NCBI GenBank assembly: GCA_963766675.1
Contig: CAVYBA010000002.1
Location: 1,274,806-1,338,805, forward strand
DNA length: 64,000 bases
DNA from: an uncultured Chloroflexia bacterium
Lineage (GTDB): Bacteria > Chloroflexota > Limnocylindria > Limnocylindrales > CSP1-4
Reading direction: 5' to 3'
Shown one piece after another: positions 59,133-64,000 of the stretch (within the stretch, counting starts at the first letter, position 1; each line of letters starts with the position of its first letter). The translations under genes and the position numbers were made by a program. Under the pieces are notes generated by a model. The model searched no databases. It was given only the letters and a program-made list of their open reading frames with translations, and had not been told where the DNA came from.

Positions 59133-59305
59133 CGCACGGCAACCCGCCTCTGCAACCGGACGGTTTGTTACAAGCTCATCGCAATCGGGTCCATCGTCCG
59201 GCTTGGCAAGGTGATGGCGGCTCAGTCCGTGGCGGTCGACCGGCTTGATTCGGCGCCAGGGGCATCGAGCCGAACCGGCGGCGATCGACCCAACGGTGAG
59301 GCAGA

Positions 59306-59380
59306 TGGCTGGCGAGGAAGGATTCGAACCTTCAATCCCCTGATCCAGAGTCAGGTGCCTTACCGTTAGGCCACTCGCCA
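59306..59380 (-). tRNA. tRNA-Gln (anticodon CUG), CCA encoded
   Basis: Hand-folded cloverleaf. Acceptor UGGCGAG/CUCGCCA with U1:A72, D stem GCCU/AGGC, anticodon stem CCUGA/UCAGG, loop CUCUGGA, T arm GAAGG-UUCGAAU-CCUUC, discriminator G, CCA. 75 nt. Confidence 0.9.
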
Positions 59381-59521
59381 ACGAGCCGGTCCGGAATCCT
59401 ACCAGAGGGCCAGTCGCGACACGGCGAACCGGTGCGGCGACGCCGCACTGGCGCCGCGCACCGGAAGATGATCCGAAAAGCGCCCCGCGCTCAGGCGGCG
59501 GCCGCCTCGAGATCATCGTCG

Positions 59522-59710
59522 TCACCGAGCTCTCCGAGCCCGCACCGACTCACCGGCCTGCGCCTGCGCCGGGGCCTCACGGAACAGCAGCACGAGGCCC
59601 GAGGCGACGACCGTGGTCACGATCCCGACCGTGAACGTGCTCGCGGCCGCTCGCCGCGAGACGCGGCCGCGGTCGGGCAGGCCGCGCGCTGAGGGCCGAC
59701 CGCCCGCCAT
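59522..59710 (-). CDS. possible 62-aa single-pass membrane protein
   Basis: MAGGRPSARGLPDRGRVSRRAAASTFTVGIVTTVVASGLVLLFRE... High GC3. No family recognised. Confidence 0.3.
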   Translation of the reverse strand: MAGGRPSARGLPDRGRVSRRAAASTFTVGIVTTVVASGLVLLFREAPAQAQAGESVRARRAR

Positions 59711-59930
59711 GCGGTCAGCACCGACGGCTGCGTCAAGGGTCCGCCGCGGTCCATCTCGGTCGGGTACCCTTGGGCGTGGATCGACGATCCGGATCAGCAA
59801 ACCTCAGACCGACCGGGATTGGCTGGGTAACGTGCGCGATCGTGGCGAAGCTTCCGTACCGCCGAGTGTGCCCGTCGCTTCAAAAGGCGATTCGAGCCAC
59901 GCCGCGAGTGATGCTGTCGATCCCGGCGGG

Positions 59931-62392
<2,462 letters not shown>

Positions 62393-62396
<4 letters not shown>

Positions 62397-63307
62397 GAAT
62401 CCTGATCGCCGACGACGAAGCAACCTCGCGTCTCATTCTGGTGGGGGTCCTCCAGAAGTTTGGTCACGAGGTCATCGCCACGACGGACGGCATCGAGGCT
62501 TGGGACCAGATGCGCCGGCCCAATGCACCGGCACTGGCCATCCTCGACTGGGTGATGCCGGGCCTCACTGGTTTGGAGGTCTGCCAGCACATTCGGGGAC
62601 TGGCCTCGGACGAGCCGCCGTACGTCATCCTGCTGACGTCCATGGCCGAGAAGGCAGACATCGTCGCTGGCCTCGAGGCCGGAGCCGACGATTACCTGGC
62701 CAAACCGTTCCACCCAGGAGAGCTTCGCGCACGGGTCGACGTCGGGCGCCGCCTCACCGAGCTCCAGACAAGGCTGCGCGAGGCCCGCGACGCCCTCGCC
62801 GATGCGGCCATGCATGATCCCTTGACCGGCGCACTCAACCGGCGGGCATTCTCCGACGTCCTGTCACGCGCGCTGTCCGAGGAGGGTCGACATCACCAGG
62901 GGCTTGCCTTGGGGGTCTGCGACCTGGACGCATTCAAGAAGGTCAACGACACCTACGGTCATCAGGTCGGCGACGAGGTGCTGTGTGACCTGGTCTCGCT
63001 GCTGACGGCAAACCTTCGCGGCCACGATGTGCTCGGCCGTTTCGGTGGAGATGAATTCGTTGTCCTCGCAGAGCATCTTGCGGCTGTCGACCCGACCCCG
63101 CTCTACGAGCGGCTCCGGTCGGCAGTCGCGGATCATCCTTTCCCTACCGAAGCTGGAGAGCTGGCACTCACCATCAGCATCGGGGTGAGCGCATGGGGCG
63201 AGGGATGTTCGGCCGACGACCTGCTCGGGGCGGCCGACGACGCCCTGTATCAGGCCAAGCGCGCCGGGCGCAATCGCGTCGTCCTGGCGGGGGTGCCTAC
63301 TACCTGA
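62393..63307 (+). CDS. response regulator with GGDEF output (diguanylate cyclase)
   Basis: REC (ILIADDE, ILDWVMPG, YLAKPF) plus GGDEF (RFGGDEFVVL) with an RxxD I-site (RGHD) 5 residues upstream. ATGA overlap with the kinase gene. Confidence 0.9.
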
Positions 63308-63313
63308 ACCGCG

Positions 63314-64000
63314 TCACGCCCGTGACTGGACTTTCGCCCAGCTGTCCTTCAGCGTCAGCGTCCGGTTGAAGACCGGGTGGTCTGGCATCGAGTCGGGATC
63401 GGGGCAGAAGTACCCCAGGCGCTCGAACTGGACCGTCTGGCCAACGACGGCATCGGCCAGACTCTCCTCGACGTAGCCGTGGACGACCTCCTCGGACCCT
63501 GGGTTCAGGTCATCGAACAGGTCGTGGTCCGCTCCCGGATCCTGTCGCGAGAACAGGTGGTCGTAGAGCCGGATCTCGGCCGGCACGGCGCGAGGGACTG
63601 ACACCCAGTGCAGCGTCGCCTTGGGTCGGCGTCCGTCCGGCGCGCTGCCACCACGCGTCGCCGGGTCATACGTGCAGCGCAACTCGCTGACCTCGCCGGC
63701 GGCGTCCCTGGTCACCGAATGGCAGGTGACGAAGTAGCCGGAACGCAGGCGCACTTCGCGACCCGGCGCCAGGCGGAAGAACTTGGCGGTCGGTTCCTCC
63801 ATGAAGTCGTCGCGCTCGATCCACAGCTCCCGCCCGAAAGGCACGCGTCGCGTGCCGGCGGCCGGATCCTCTGGGTTGTTGGGGACCTCGACCCCGTCGA
63901 CCTGCCCGTCGGGCCAGTTGTCGATGACGACCTTCAGCGGCCGCAAAATGCCGAAACGACGTGGCGCCTGCCAATTCAGCACCGCCCGCACGGCGAATTC
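63314..64000 (-). CDS. glnS: glutamine--tRNA ligase, C-terminal anticodon-binding part (partial, continues past the right edge)
   Basis: Motifs LHWVS, LRSGYFVTC, VQFERLGYFCPD, typical of GlnRS beta-barrel domains. The frame is open to the window edge. Confidence 0.85.
   Translation of the reverse strand, partial: EFAVRAVLNWQAPRRFGILRPLKVVIDNWPDGQVDGVEVPNNPEDPAAGTRRVPFGRELWIERDDFMEEPTAKFFRLAPGREVRLRSGYFVTCHSVTRDAAGEVSELRCTYDPATRGGSAPDGRRPKATLHWVSVPRAVPAEIRLYDHLFSRQDPGADHDLFDDLNPGSEEVVHGYVEESLADAVVGQTVQFERLGYFCPDPDSMPDHPVFNRTLTLKDSWAKVQSRA

Noticed and set aside
58002-59525. Possible genomic island or integrative element next to tRNA-Gln; mobile elements and CRISPR in general.
   Set aside because: No integrase, transposase, recombinase, phage gene, direct repeat of the tRNA 3' end, or spacer-repeat array was seen anywhere in the window. 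The 507-aa ORF crossing the tRNA is an artefact.

Overview
Very GC-rich, gene-dense bacterial chromosome segment with strong third-codon-position GC bias. G+C was not computed; by eye it is about two-thirds to 70 %. I call about 50 protein genes and one tRNA (Gln-CUG). I saw no rRNA, CRISPR array, transposase, integrase or phage gene. An MMPL transporter, a deazaflavin (F420)-type nitroreductase, a GT39-like membrane glycosyltransferase and an apparently leaderless TetR gene suggest an actinobacterium-like or similar high-GC lineage; no taxonomic search was possible. Left to right the window holds: a secreted PAP2/haloperoxidase-like protein; a xylose locus (ROK regulator, xylF/H/ATPase, xylA); DinB; an atypical receiver; LacI plus araA; a TetR/MFS efflux pair; a frame-broken MMPL gene; MFS; GT39; a translationally coupled PFOR plus DHOD-like pair; and a LysR / atypical transketolase / aminotransferase unit. 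Next comes a roughly 20 kb block (29.8-49.5 kb) that I consider the most interesting part. After it lie a saccharopine-dehydrogenase-family gene; etfBA plus a large acyl-CoA dehydrogenase; small membrane ORFs; a frame-broken duplicated PAS protein; tRNA-Gln; a soluble hybrid histidine kinase coupled to a REC-GGDEF regulator; and the 3' part of glnS. The 29.8-49.5 kb block combines a BMP-family ABC importer and carbamate kinase with two different carbamoyltransferases (one YgeW-type, one PyrB-like with an altered amino-acid site) and two fold-type-II PLP enzymes. A divergent XdhD-like / SsnA-like / YgfK-like operon and an 8-oxoguanine-deaminase-like gene complete it. This resembles the E. coli ygeW-ygfK-ssnA-xdhD anaerobic purine/urate region. 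It lacks the hydantoinase, M20 hydrolase, DAP ammonia-lyase and FAD subunit of that region and carries unfamiliar replacements. All family calls come from by-eye motif recognition and remembered reference sequences, and need HMM/BLAST confirmation.
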